Assembly (NCBI GenBank): GCA_028826165.1
Contig: JAPDFW010000105.1
Location: 151,468 to 215,467 of the forward strand
Direction: 5' to 3'
DNA length: 64,000 nucleotides
Source: Anaeramoeba ignava BMAN
Taxonomy: Eukaryota > Protista > Anaeramoebae
Part shown: positions 1 to 11,394 of the stretch, piece after piece
Numbering within the stretch: the first letter of the stretch is position 1
Layout of the letters: each line of letters opens with the position of its first letter
Program-made: the position numbers and the translations under genes
Notes under the pieces: model-generated
Databases searched by the model: none
Seen by the model: only the letters and a program-made list of their open reading frames with translations
Told to the model about the DNA's origin: nothing

Positions 1-2060
1 GAATTTTGATTTTGATTTTGATTTAAATTCAAATTTTCATTCAAATTTTCATTCAAATTTTCAATTGAATTTCCTTTTAAATTTTCAATTTCAAAACATA
101 ATTTTGATAAAGAATTCTTTTCTTTCCAATTTTTTCTTCTGCAAACGTCCCAACATGAAGCTTCATCCATAAGAAGAGAAAAACCATAACTTGGTAAATT
201 ATCCAAATCTCCAATTTGAAAAGGATTTAAAATAAAAGAATATAAAGATAAAACACCATTCAAATCAATGAAAAAAAGCTTTAAATTATCAGTAAAATGA
301 GTTGTAATTGGAAAGCAATTTTCACTAATTTCTTCATTTTCTGTAATATTTTCTATTGATTGAGTTTGTGAAAAAATTCCTTGTCGAACTTTAGATAATG
401 ATTTGTAAATTTTGGATCTTTTTTTGGGTTCCAATTTTTCCAATTTTGATATCAAATGATAATATTTTGGTAAGTGTGTAAAACTATTAACTGATTCTCC
501 AGTTGAATTAATTGCAAAAATGTGAGATGTTCCATGATTTGTTGAAACTGAAACCCATTTGGAATCAACACTGAAACTTGCGTGAAATATTTTTGCTGGT
601 GTAATTCCACGAACTAAAGTGTATAGAAGTTGTATTGGTTGAATTATGTTGTTTATTATTCGAAAAATTCGAAAATGTGTTCCAATTATTGAAGATGTAA
701 AAAGCTATTTTAAATTTGAATAAATATAAATATTTTTAAATATTTTTAAATTTGAATAAATATAAATATTTTTAAATAATTTAAATTTGAATAAATATAG
801 ATATTTTTAAATAATTTTTAATTTGAATAAATATAAATATTTTTAAATAATTTTAATTTGAATAAATATTCTTTGATATTTTCCACTAACCAATGATCCA
901 GAATTATCAAAAAATAAACTTGAAATTTGATGTTTATGTGCTTTAAAATGAACAAGAATTTTATCATTAATAAAATCCTTAATAATAATATTTCCAAATT
1001 TTGGAACAGATTCAAAATTTTGAATTAAATCCATAAGTTTTTGAATAATTTCTTTTGCAGCATCAATAAAAGAATCTGATAAATTTTCTTGTTGTTCTGG
1101 AAAAACTAAAGTAGTTTCATTACTTAATTTTCTTTCTAAATTTGATTCAATATCCAAAAGTTTATTAAATGGAGGATTTGGTATTTCTTGAGTTGGAAAT
1201 ACAATGAATCGTGAACCAACATCTACAATTGAATTAAATGAAACATTATTCATAAACATATATGGATATTTATATTTCGGTTTCATTGTTTTTTGATCAA
1301 GTATGTATATTTTATTATGTGTTCCAATAATTATATATCCTGTTGTTGTTGTTATTATTCCATCAATTTGTGAATGGAAATTTAATTTTTTGATTTCTTC
1401 ATTTTTCGTAAGTGAATAAATTATTATTCGATTTTTGATTGAATTTTCTTCAATTTTTGATGGACTTTTAAATTTTAAATTTTTAATTTTTAATTTTTAA
1501 TTTTTAATTTTAAATTTTTTAATTTTTTACACAAAAGCAATTGAAAGATCTTTTAATTCTCCATTTTTAATTGGTTTTTGTGGATGAATAAACTAAAAAA
1601 CAAACAAAAAAACAAAAATCAAATCCAAAATTATTTTAAAATAAATAAAATATAAATAAAATATAAATAAAATATAAATAAAATAAACCTTTAGAATCCT
1701 AATTTCAAAACCAGTTCTTTTAGAAAAAATTTCTTTTGGTTTTAATTGAGAATTTTGGATATTCCAAATTTGGAAACCATTTGAATAACCAATAACAAGA
1801 AAATGAATTTTTGTTCGATTTTGATTTTTCAATTCAATAAATTCAAATGAAACAAAATTTATTGTTTCTTTTAAAAAACTTTCTTCACTTTCAAATTGTT
1901 CTTTTATTTTCTTGTGTACTTTTTTTGGTATAAATGACCCAAAATTATGTATTGTATTTGTTAGAAAATCGGGTGTTATTGTGCTTAAAAAACTTTTTTG
2001 TGTGTCTTTTGCAATTGGTTTTTGTTTTTTTTTAGTTTTTTCTTTATCTTTTTGTTGCAT
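1..2060 (-). CDS. BCAS3: BCAS3/ATG18-like WD40 beta-propeller autophagy protein; 3' end runs off the window. Exons 2060-1689, 1592-1531, 1464-891, 704-<1
   Basis: Spliced translation gives FLVIGYSNGFQIWNI, HFKAHKHQISSLFFDNSGSLLFTSS and LYTLVRGITPAKIFHASFSVDSKWVSVSTNHGTSHIFAIN, matching BCAS3/ATG18f-h motifs. Three GT-AG introns restore the frame. Confidence 0.8.
705..890 (-). repeat. Intron made of a ~39-bp AT-rich tandem repeat (about 4-5 copies)
   Basis: Unit tttaaatttgaataaatataaatatttttaaataat recurs within the third BCAS3 intron. Confidence 0.7.
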
Positions 2061-2084
2061 TTTGTTTTTTAAAAAAAAATGAAA

Positions 2085-3885
2085 ATAAAAAAATGAAAAA
2101 TAATTTTTCCGATTTTTATTTATTTAAATAATAAAAATATTTTAATTTAAATTTAATTCTTTTCTAAATAAATATAAAATATTAATTTTTATGTTTAAAT
2201 TTATATTTTTATGTTTTGAAAATTAATAAAAAATTAATCAAAAAATGAAAAATAATTTTTCCGATTTTTATTAATTTAAATAATAAAAATATTTTAATTT
2301 ATATTTAATTCTTTTTTAAATAAATATAAAATAATAATTTTTATGTTTAAATTTATATTTTTATGTTTTAAAAATTAATAAAAAATTAATCAAAAAATGA
2401 AAAATAATTTTTCCGATTTTTATTTATTTAAATAATTAAAATATTTTAATTTAAATTTAATTCTTTTCTAAATAAATATAAAATAATAATTTTTATGTTT
2501 AAATATATATTTTTATATTTTTAAAATTAATAAAAATTAATCAAAAATGAAAAATAATTTTTCCGATTTTTATTAATTTAAATAATTAAAATATTTTAAT
2601 TTATATTTAATTCTTTTTAAATAAATATAAAATAATAATTTTTATGTCTAAATTTATATTTTTATGTTTTAAAAATTAATAAAAATTAATCAAAAATGAA
2701 AAATAATTTTTCCGATTTTTATTAATTTAAATAATTAAAATATTTTTAATTTATATTTAATTCTTTTCAAATAAATATGAAATAATAATTTTTATGTTTA
2801 AATTTATATTTTTATGTTTTAAAAATTAATAAAAATTAATCAAAAATGAAAAATAATTTTTCCGATTTTTATTAATTTAAATAATTAAAATATTTTAATT
2901 TAAATTTAATTCTTTTTTAAATAAATATAAAATAATAATTTTTATGTTCAAATTTATATTTTTTATGTTTTGAAAATTAATAAAAATTAATCAAAAATGA
3001 AAAATAATTTTTCCGATTTTTATTAATTTAAATAATAAAAATATTTTAATTTATATTTAATTCTTTTTAAATAAATATGAAATAATAATTTTTTTATGTC
3101 TAAATTTATATTTTTATGTTTTGAAAAATTAATAAAAATTAATCAAAAATGAAAAATAATTTTTCCGATTTTTATTAATTTAAATAATAAAAATATTTTA
3201 ATTTAAATTTAATTCTTTTTAAAATAAATATAAAATAATAATTTTTATGTCTAAATTTATATTTTTATGTTTTAAAAATTAATCAAAAATTAATCAAAAA
3301 TGAAAAATAATTTTTCCGATTTTTATTTAATTTAAATAATAAAAATATTTTAATTTAAATTTAATTCTTTTTAAATAAATATAAAATAATAATTTTTATG
3401 TCTAAATATATATTTTTATGTTTTAAAAATTAATAAAAAATTAATCAAAAAAATGAAAAATAATTTTTCCGATTTTTATTTATTTAAATAATAAAAATAT
3501 TTTAATTTAAATTTAATTCTTTTTTAAATAAATATAAAATAATAATTTTTATGTTTAAATATATATTTTTATGTTTTAAAAATTAATCAAAAATTAATCA
3601 AAAAATGAAAAATAATTTTTCCGATTTTTATTTATTTAAATAATTAAAATATTTTAATTTAAATTTAATTCTTTTTTAAATAAATATAAAATAATAATTT
3701 TTATGTCTAAATTTATATTTTTATGTTTTAAAAATTAATAAAAAATTAATAAAAAAATGAAAAATAATTTTTCCGATTTTTATTTATTTAAATAATAAAA
3801 ATATTTTAATTTAAATTTAATTCTTTTTTAAATAAATATGAAATAATAATTTTTATGTTTAAATATATATTTTTATGTTTTGAAA
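2085..3885. repeat. Minisatellite: 12 tandem copies of a ~151-bp AT-rich unit in a divergent intergenic region
   Basis: Landmark aaaaatgaaaaataatttttccgattttt recurs with CCGA at about 2109, 2261, 2413, 2563, 2712, 2862, 3013, 3165, 3316, 3469, 3621 and 3773. Confidence 0.95.
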
Positions 3886-3959
3886 AAAAATTTTCCCCAA
3901 ATTCATTTTTTCATTTTTCTATTTTTTAATTTATTCATTTTTCTGTTTTAATTTCTTTA

Positions 3960-6900
3960 ATGAAAAGTGTTTTTGTTTGTGGTACAAATTCAAATCATTC
4001 TTTACTTTATCATGGTTCACAATCAATAATGAAAAAAAAACCAATTAAAATTGATAATTTAATTGAAAATTTGTTCTCAAAAGAAAATATTAAATTTATT
4101 AATTGTGGATCTTCAATGACAATTTTAACATTAAATTCAGGAGATTTAATAATATGGGGTTTAGAACAAATTCAAGAAAACGAGAAAAAAGAAAAAGAAA
4201 AAGAAAAAGAAAAAGAAAATCATTTAATGTTTTCAAAAGAAAATATCAAAAAAATATCTAAATCAATTTTCCAAATTCATAAATTTAAAGGAAAAAATAT
4301 TCAAATGATTTCATGTGGAAGTTTTTCAATTTTAATTCTTGTGGAAAATAAAGTTTATTTGAGTAATTTATTGCTTCCAAGTCAAAAAAAAATGCAAATT
4401 ATATTTGAAGAAATTTCATCATTTCAAAAAGAAAAAATAATTATTAATTCAATTTGTGCAGGAAGTACATTTTATTTTGCAGTTGATGAAAAGTAAATCC
4501 AAATCAAAATTTAAAATCAAAATTAAAATCAAATTAAAATTAAAATTAAAATTAAAATCAAAATTAAAAATTGAAATCAAAATTAAAATTAAAATTAAAA
4601 TCAAAATCAAAATTGAAATTAAAATCAAAATTAAAATTAAAATTAAAATTAAAATTAAAATTAAAAATAAAATTAAAATTAAAATCAAAATCAAAATTAA
4701 AATCAAAATCAAAATCAAAATCAAAATTAAAATCAAAATATAAAATCAAAATCAAAATCAAAATCAAAATTAAAATTTAAATCAAAATTAAAATTAAAAT
4801 TAAAATTGAAATCAAAATTAAAATTAAAATTAAAATTAAAATTAAAATCAAAATTAAAATTAAAATTAAAATTAAAATTAAAATTAAAATTAAAATTAAA
4901 ATTAAAATCAAAATCAAAATCAAAATTAAAATCAAAATTAAAATTAAAATTAAAATTAAAATTAAAATTAAAAATATTAAAATTAAAAATCAAAATCAAA
5001 ATCAAAAATCCAAAATCAAAAAAAATCAAAAATTAAAATTAAAATCAAAATTAAAATTAAAATCAAAATCAAAATCAAAATTAAAATTAAATTTAAAATC
5101 AAAATCAAAATCAAAATCAAAATTAAAATCAAAATATAAAATCAAAATCAAAATCAAAATTAAAATTAAAATTAAAATTAAAATTAAAATTAAAATTTAA
5201 ATCAAAATCAAAATCAAAATTAAAATCAAAATCAAAATCAAAATTAAAATTAAAATTAAAATCAAAATTAAAATTAAAAATTGAAATCAAAATTAAAATT
5301 ATAATCAAAATCAAAATCAAAATTAAAATTAAAATTAAAATCAAAATTAAAATTAAAAATTGAAATCAAAATCAAAATTCAAAATTTAAATCAAAATTAA
5401 AATTAAAATTAAAATTAAAATTCAAAATCAAAATTAAAATCAAAATTAAAAATTGAAATCAAAATTAAAATCAAAATCAAAATTAAAATTAAAATTAAAA
5501 TTAAAATTAAAATTAAAATTATAATCAAAATTAAAATTAAAATTAAAATTAAAAATAAAATTAAAATCAAAATTAAAATCAAAATTAAAATCAAAATATA
5601 AAATCAAAATCAAAATCAAAATTAAAATTTAAATCAAAATTAAAATTAAAATTAAAATTCAAAATTAAAATTAAAAATTGAAATTAAAATTAAAATTAAA
5701 ATTAAAATCAAAATTAAAATTAAAATCAAAATCATTTGTAGAAAAAATCTATATTCTTGGGGTGATAACTCATATGGACAACTTGGTCTTTCAGATACAA
5801 AATCAAGAGAAAAACCTGAATTAATTGTTCAACTTAATCAATCAATTTCACAAATATCAGCTGGCTCACATCATTTTATTGCATTAACTCCAACAAATAA
5901 ATTATTTTCTTGCGGTAGAAACAGAAACGGACAATTAGGATTAAACGATTTCGATGATAGAAAAACTCCCGAATTAATTCAATTAAACAATCAAATTGGA
6001 ACATTAATTAAGATTTTTTGTGCAGATGAAACAACTTTTCTTTTAAATGAATTTGGAAAAGTTTATATTTGTGGAAAAATGTATAAGGAAACAGAAATTC
6101 AACCTCAAAAACAAGCAGAATTTATTGAGTTAATCTTCCCAGAGAATGCTATTATCACAAAAATATTTGGAAATGGAGGATATGGAGAAAGTTATAGTTT
6201 ATTTATTGATTCAAATGGAAAAGGATATGGATTTGGATCAAACAAATTTGGTGCACTTGGAATTGAATCAAATCAGCCACAAAACAAACCCAAAAGAATA
6301 AATCTTCCTGATGATCATTTACTTATTGATTGTGGATGTGGATGGACACATTCATGTTTTATTACAAATTCAAAAGAAAATCAAAATGTTGTTTATCTTT
6401 CTAAAAAAGAAATTAAACAAGAATTAATTGAAGAGAAAAAAAAGATACGTTCTTTTGGAAATTTCCATGTTCTTCCACCAGAACAAATTATTCCCATTTT
6501 AGAATATTTAAATCATCAGCAACTATGTATGATATCAATGGTTTCAGAAGGATTTCATAGCATTTCCAGCCAAAATTGGTTATGGAAACCTATTTTCGAT
6601 AAATATATTGGATTGGAACTTACTCAAGAAGAAAAAGAAATTTTTCAAAATCCAGAATTACAAGATTTTGAATGGAAATTTATTTCTGTTCCTCATTTAT
6701 CTCCTTATGGAAAAGTTATTTATGGTAAAAATGTTAAAAATCTTGGGTTTGGAAGTGTGAATAAAAAGTTTTTTGGGAAGAAAAGTAAGAAAGTATTAAT
6801 GTTAGGATTAGATAATTCAGGAAGAACTGTAATTCTTTATGGATTAAAAATTGGTGAAGTTGTAACAACAATACCAACAATAGGTTTGAATATTTAATTC

Positions 6901-7938
6901 AATTTAATATTCAATTTAATATTCGATTCAATTTAATATTCAATTTAATATTCGATTCAATTTAATATTCAATTTAATATTCAATTCAATATTTAATTCA
7001 ATATTTAATTTAATATTTAATTTAATTCAATTCAATTTAATTCAATTTAATTCAATTTAATTCAATTTAATTCAATTCAATATTTAATTTAATATTTAAT
7101 TCAATTCAATATTTAATATTTAATTTAATATTTAATTTAATATTCAATTCAATATTTAATTCAATTCAATATTTAATTTAATATTCAATTCAATTCAATA
7201 TTTAATTTAATATTTAATTCAATTCAATATTTAATATTTAATTTAATATTTAATTTAATATTCAATTCAATATTTAATTCAATTTAATATTCAATTCAAT
7301 ATTTAATCCAATTCAATATTTAATTCAATTCAATTCAATATTTAATTCAATTTAATATTCAATTCAATATTTAATTTCAATATTTTATTCAATTTGATTC
7401 AATTCAATTTAATTCAATTTAATATTTAATTTGAATTCAATTCAATATTTAATATTCAATTCAATTCAATATTTAATTTAATATTTAATTCAATATTCAA
7501 TTAGGTTTTAATGTTGAAACAATAAAGAAAAAAGGATTTTCTTTTCACTTAAATATTTGGGAAGTTTCAGGAGGATATGCTATTCGTTCTTTATGGAGAC
7601 ATTATTTTAATGAAGTTGATGCATTAGTTTGGGCTATTGATGTTCATGATCAAAGAATTGAAGAATCAAAAACAGAATTATTAAAACTTTTAAAAGATGA
7701 AAATTTAAAAGAAGTTAAATGTGTTTTAATTATTTGTACTAAATTAGATATTCCAAATGGTTTGAAAACTGAAGAGATTGTTAAATTACTTGGATTGGAT
7801 GAATTTGATAAAATTTGGGGTGTTTTTCCAACTTCTCAACAAAATTTATCCACTTTTTGGAAAGCTTCTTTTAGATGGTTAGTTTGGATTTTGATGTTCA
7901 TGATCAAAAATCAAGAAAAAGAAAAAGAAAACTTTTAA
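3960..7938 (+). CDS. RCC1-repeat / F-box / Arf-like (degenerate) GTPase fusion protein; join(3960..4492,5742..6883,7505..7938)
   Basis: Splicing gives RCC1 blades ([43 protein letters not shown]), an F-box-like [45 protein letters not shown], then Arf-like [32 protein letters not shown]|FNVETI...[18 protein letters not shown]. Both introns are GT-AG and phase-compatible. Confidence 0.85.
4493..5741 (+). repeat. 1249-bp intron consisting of (AAAATY)n hexamer microsatellite
   Basis: GTAAAT...TTTGTAG boundaries; interior is almost entirely aaaatc/aaaatt. Confidence 0.9.
6884..7504 (+). repeat. 621-bp intron of degenerate AATTC/AATATTT microsatellite
   Basis: GTTTGA...TTTAG; interrupts the Arf switch-I motif PTIG|FNVE. 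Confidence 0.9.
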
Positions 7939-8090
7939 AAAGAAAATTTAAAAGAAGTTAAATTTAAAATTTAAATCTAAATTAGAAATCAAATGGTTTA
8001 AAATGAAGAGATTGTTAAATTACTTTAAAATTATAAAATTTGGGGTGTTTTTCAAAAAACAAAAATCCAAAGCTTTTAATGGTTAAAATT
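7879..8090 (+). other. Deletion-riddled tandem second copy of about 7625-7880 (Arf-domain 3' exon); decayed duplication or consensus artefact
   Basis: Collinear shared words: tagtttgg, ttgatgttcatgatcaaa, aaaacttttaaaa, gaaaatttaaaagaagttaaat, aaatggttt, gaagagattgttaaattactt, taaaatttggggtgttttt, aaagcttt. Confidence 0.75.
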
Positions 8091-8253
8091 AATTAGCTCA
8101 AAATCAATAAAAAGAAAAAGAAAAAGAAAAAGAAAAAGAAAATCTAAATCAAAATCAAAATTAAAATTAAAATCAAAATTAAAATTAAAATTAAAATTAA
8201 AATTAAAATTAAAATTAAAATTAAAATTAAAAATCAAAATTAAAAATTAAAAA

Positions 8254-8290
8254 TCATTTTTCATTTTTTTCATTTTTTTCTTTTTTAAAA
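8254..8290 (+). promoter_or_regulatory. Repeated TCATTTT initiator-like motif just upstream of ATG (representative; seen before nearly all genes)
   Basis: tcatttttcatttttttcattttttt precedes ATG 8291. The same motif precedes ATGs at 3960, 25060, 35961, 36856, 40716, 43052, 47630 and 53346, and appears as AAAATGA on + upstream of minus-strand genes at 2060, 10933, 14213, 19624, 24606, 35817 and 61988. Confidence 0.65.
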
Positions 8291-10050
8291 ATGAATGATT
8301 GTTTATTTTTTGGTTCAAATGAATATCCAAAACTTATCAAAAATAAACCAAATGAAATAATAAAACCAATTCAATTTAAATTTGAAAATGAAAATGAAAA
8401 TGAAAATGAAAAACAAATTAAACAAATTTCATCAGGAATATTTTCAACAATTTTCCTTTTTAAAAATGGAAAAGCAATAGAATATTTAAATGTAAATAAT
8501 TCAAAACAAAAACCTGAAAAAATCCAAATTGAAGAAAAATATTCAAAAAGTAACTGTTGGTGTTCGAAATGAAGCTATTTTAACAAAAGAAGGAAATGTA
8601 TTTGCCAAAGGAAAAGATATTAACCCAAAAAATCTAAAAGAATTTATCAATATTTCATCATTAATTGAAGATACAAATGATAGAATAATTGAAGATATTG
8701 TTTCTGGAGCTTATTCAATTTATTTATTAACTTCAAATCAAAATGTTTATGGAATTGGTTCAAATCACTTTTGTCAACTTGGTTTTGATTCTGAAACACT
8801 TAAAAAAACAGAAAAGCCAATTTTAATGATGAAAAATGTTTCTAAAATATTTTCAGGAAATTCTTCACATCATATTTTTCTTTTAAATTCAAATCAAGAA
8901 TTATTTGGATCTGGAAATAATCAATATGGTCAACTTGGATTAGGAGAATCAATAGAAGAAACAAAAATCCAAAAATTAACCAAAATACAAAATATTCCAA
9001 AAGGTAAAATAATTGATATTAAATGTGGAGGGATTCATTCAATAATGTTGATTGAAAATCAAAATCAAAATCCAAAAAGAAAACTTTATTCATGTGGAGA
9101 TTATCGATATAATGGACTTGGCAAATATGGAAATATTTATGAATTTACTGAAATCAAATCATCTTTATTTGAAAATGATGATAATATTATTGAAATTTCT
9201 GTTGGAAATGATCATACTTTGATTTTAACATCTAATTCGAAATTAATTGGATTTGGAAATGATTATGGTGAATTAGGAACTGGAGATACAAAATCTCAAA
9301 GAATTCCAATTCAAATTAAACTTCCTAAATTAAGATTTAATGAAAATATTTCCAATTATCATATCTCTTGTGGAGATTCCAATTCATTTCTTTATTATTC
9401 TCCTTCTTTTTCCAATCTTGAAGAAGATTTGATAAAATTATTTAGAAGAAAAGAATTTTGTAATATTTCATTTAAAACCGAAAATGGAGAAATAATCAAA
9501 GCTCATAAATTAATATTGAAATATAGATTAAATCAAAATCAAAATCAAATTGAAAAACTTAAAGAAATTATTTCAAAAAAATCAATTAAAGAATCAAATC
9601 AAATATTTGAAATGATTTATTCAAACAGAATAATAAATCCAAAATTATATTCTGAAATTAAAGAAATTATAAATTCAAATGAAAAAATAGAAGAAACAAT
9701 GAAAAGAATTTATTTAAATGAAAATGAAAATGAAAAAGATTTTATTATTGAAAGAAAAGAAAAACAATATAAATTTCCTAAATTAATATTAATAATGAGA
9801 AGTGAATTATATCGAGGAATGTTTTTATCTGTAACTGAAGATAAATCTAATAAAGTTACAGATTATAGTGAATTAAGTAATAAATCATTCCAAATATTTG
9901 AATATTGGATTTATTCAAATCAAATTAAAGATGGAGTTCGAATTACACAAGAAATTATTAATGAAATTCAAAATTGGAATTGATTATTTTCAATTAAATC
10001 AAACAAATCCAAATTTATTTGATTTATTAATTAACAAATTTAATAATTAA
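8291..10050 (+). CDS. RCC1-repeat + double BTB/POZ protein; two apparent +1 A-run frameshifts (about 8536 and 9970)
   Basis: RCC1 blades (YGIGSNHFCQLG, FGSGNNQYGQLGLG, ISVGNDHTLIL) followed by BTB motifs FCNISF...IKAHKLILKYR and KFPKLILIMRSELYRGMF. Removing one A at each site joins the ORFs and extends to TAA at 10050. Confidence 0.85.
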
Positions 10051-10315
10051 AATCAAAATTAAAATTAAAATTAAAATTAAAATAAAAATCAAAATTAAAA
10101 TTAAAATTAAAATTAAAATTAAAATTAAAAATTAAAATTAAAATTAAAATTAAAATTAAAATTAAAAAAAGAGGAAATAATTTAGATTTTTTTTCCTTTT
10201 ATTTTTAAATTGATTTATTTTGGTTTAAATTGAAAATTCTTTTTAAATTGATTTATTTTGGTTTAAATTGAAAATTCTTTTTAAATTGATTTATTTTGGT
10301 TTAAATTGATTTATT

Positions 10316-10933
10316 TTAAAGTTCATCTTTGACTTTTTTAAGACCAATTTCAGTTAATTTATCTCTTAATTGTTGAATAGTAAATTGACTTATATCAATC
10401 TAAATCAAAATCAAAATCAAAATCAAAATCAAAATTAAAATTAAAATAAAATTAAAATTAAAATTTAAATTACTTTTTCAATTTCATTTCCATTATCATC
10501 AAAAACAAATAATTCTGGGTCTTTTCCATCAAAAAGAACTTCTAAATGTGAACTAAAAATTAAATAAAAAAATTAAATAAAAAAATTAAATAAAAAAATT
10601 AAATAAAAAAATTGGCTATTCAAATTTTCTTTATTAAATTTACTAATCAAATCCTTCAGTAGTCACAAATTTGTGGATATCAGGATATTTACGAAGATTT
10701 TCACCGAAGCCAGTTCTAATTCTTGCTTTTCCAAGAGCTTTTGTTTTTGTAAAAGGAACACCAATATCTTCAGCTAATTTTTCAATATCTTCAGCACTAA
10801 GTTCAATATCAGTTTCTTCTTCTGTATCGATTATTGGTTCTTTTGGTGCGCAAGACCCTGAATCATCAAGTTGTGTTTTAATAACAAAAATTGAAACAAA
10901 AATTATTGATAAAATTAAAATAATCTTTTTCAT
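10316..10933 (-). CDS. SelM/Sep15 (SELENOM/F)-like ER thioredoxin-fold protein with signal peptide and C-terminal KDEL, no Cys/Sec at the redox site; exons 10933-10644, 10552-10474, 10399-10316
   Basis: Hydrophobic N-terminus; spliced ARIRTGFGENLRKYPDIHKFVTTEGFDYSHLEVLFDGKDPELFVFDDNGNEIEKIDISQFTIQQLRDKLTEIGLKKVKDEL* follows the Sep15/SelM domain pattern. Confidence 0.75.
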
Positions 10934-11394
10934 TTTAAAATGAAAAAAAAATGAAAAAAAAAAATTTAAAAAAAAAAAATTTTATTAATTAAAAAATTAT
11001 CGTCATTTTTTGAATTTAATTTTAAATTAATTTTAATTTTAATTTTAAAATTTAATTTTAATTTATTTCCTTTTAAACTTTTTTATCCGATTTTGAATTT
11101 AATTTTAATTTTGATTTTAATTTCAATTTTAATTTATTTTCAATTTAAATTTCAATTTAATTTTAATTTAATTTTAATTTCAAATCAATTTTAATTTAAT
11201 TTCAATTTAATTTCAATTTAATTTAATTTATTTTAATTTCAATTTAATTTCCTTTTAAACTTTTTTATCCGATTTTGAATTTAAATTTCAAATCAATTTC
11301 AATTTAATTTCAATTTCAATTTTAATTTAATTTCAAATCAATTTTAATTTAATTTCAAATTATTTTTTCATATTTTTTATTGAAATTTATTTTT

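Noticed and set aside
2085-3885. CRISPR-like periodic array
   Set aside because: Whole units repeat with no unique spacers, there are no cas genes, and the context is eukaryotic.
4449-5344. Poly-IL, poly-KI and poly-DF/NF ORFs in the ORF track (also 13128-14026, 19719-20380, 30221-30813, 60258-61338)
   Set aside because: Stop-free readings of microsatellites inside introns or spacers.
10695-10712. Sec codon (TGA) in the SelM-like gene
   Set aside because: The TGA in GGTGAAAAT is out of frame. The frame is open on both sides without it, and no SECIS-like structure was evident in the AT-repeat 3' region.
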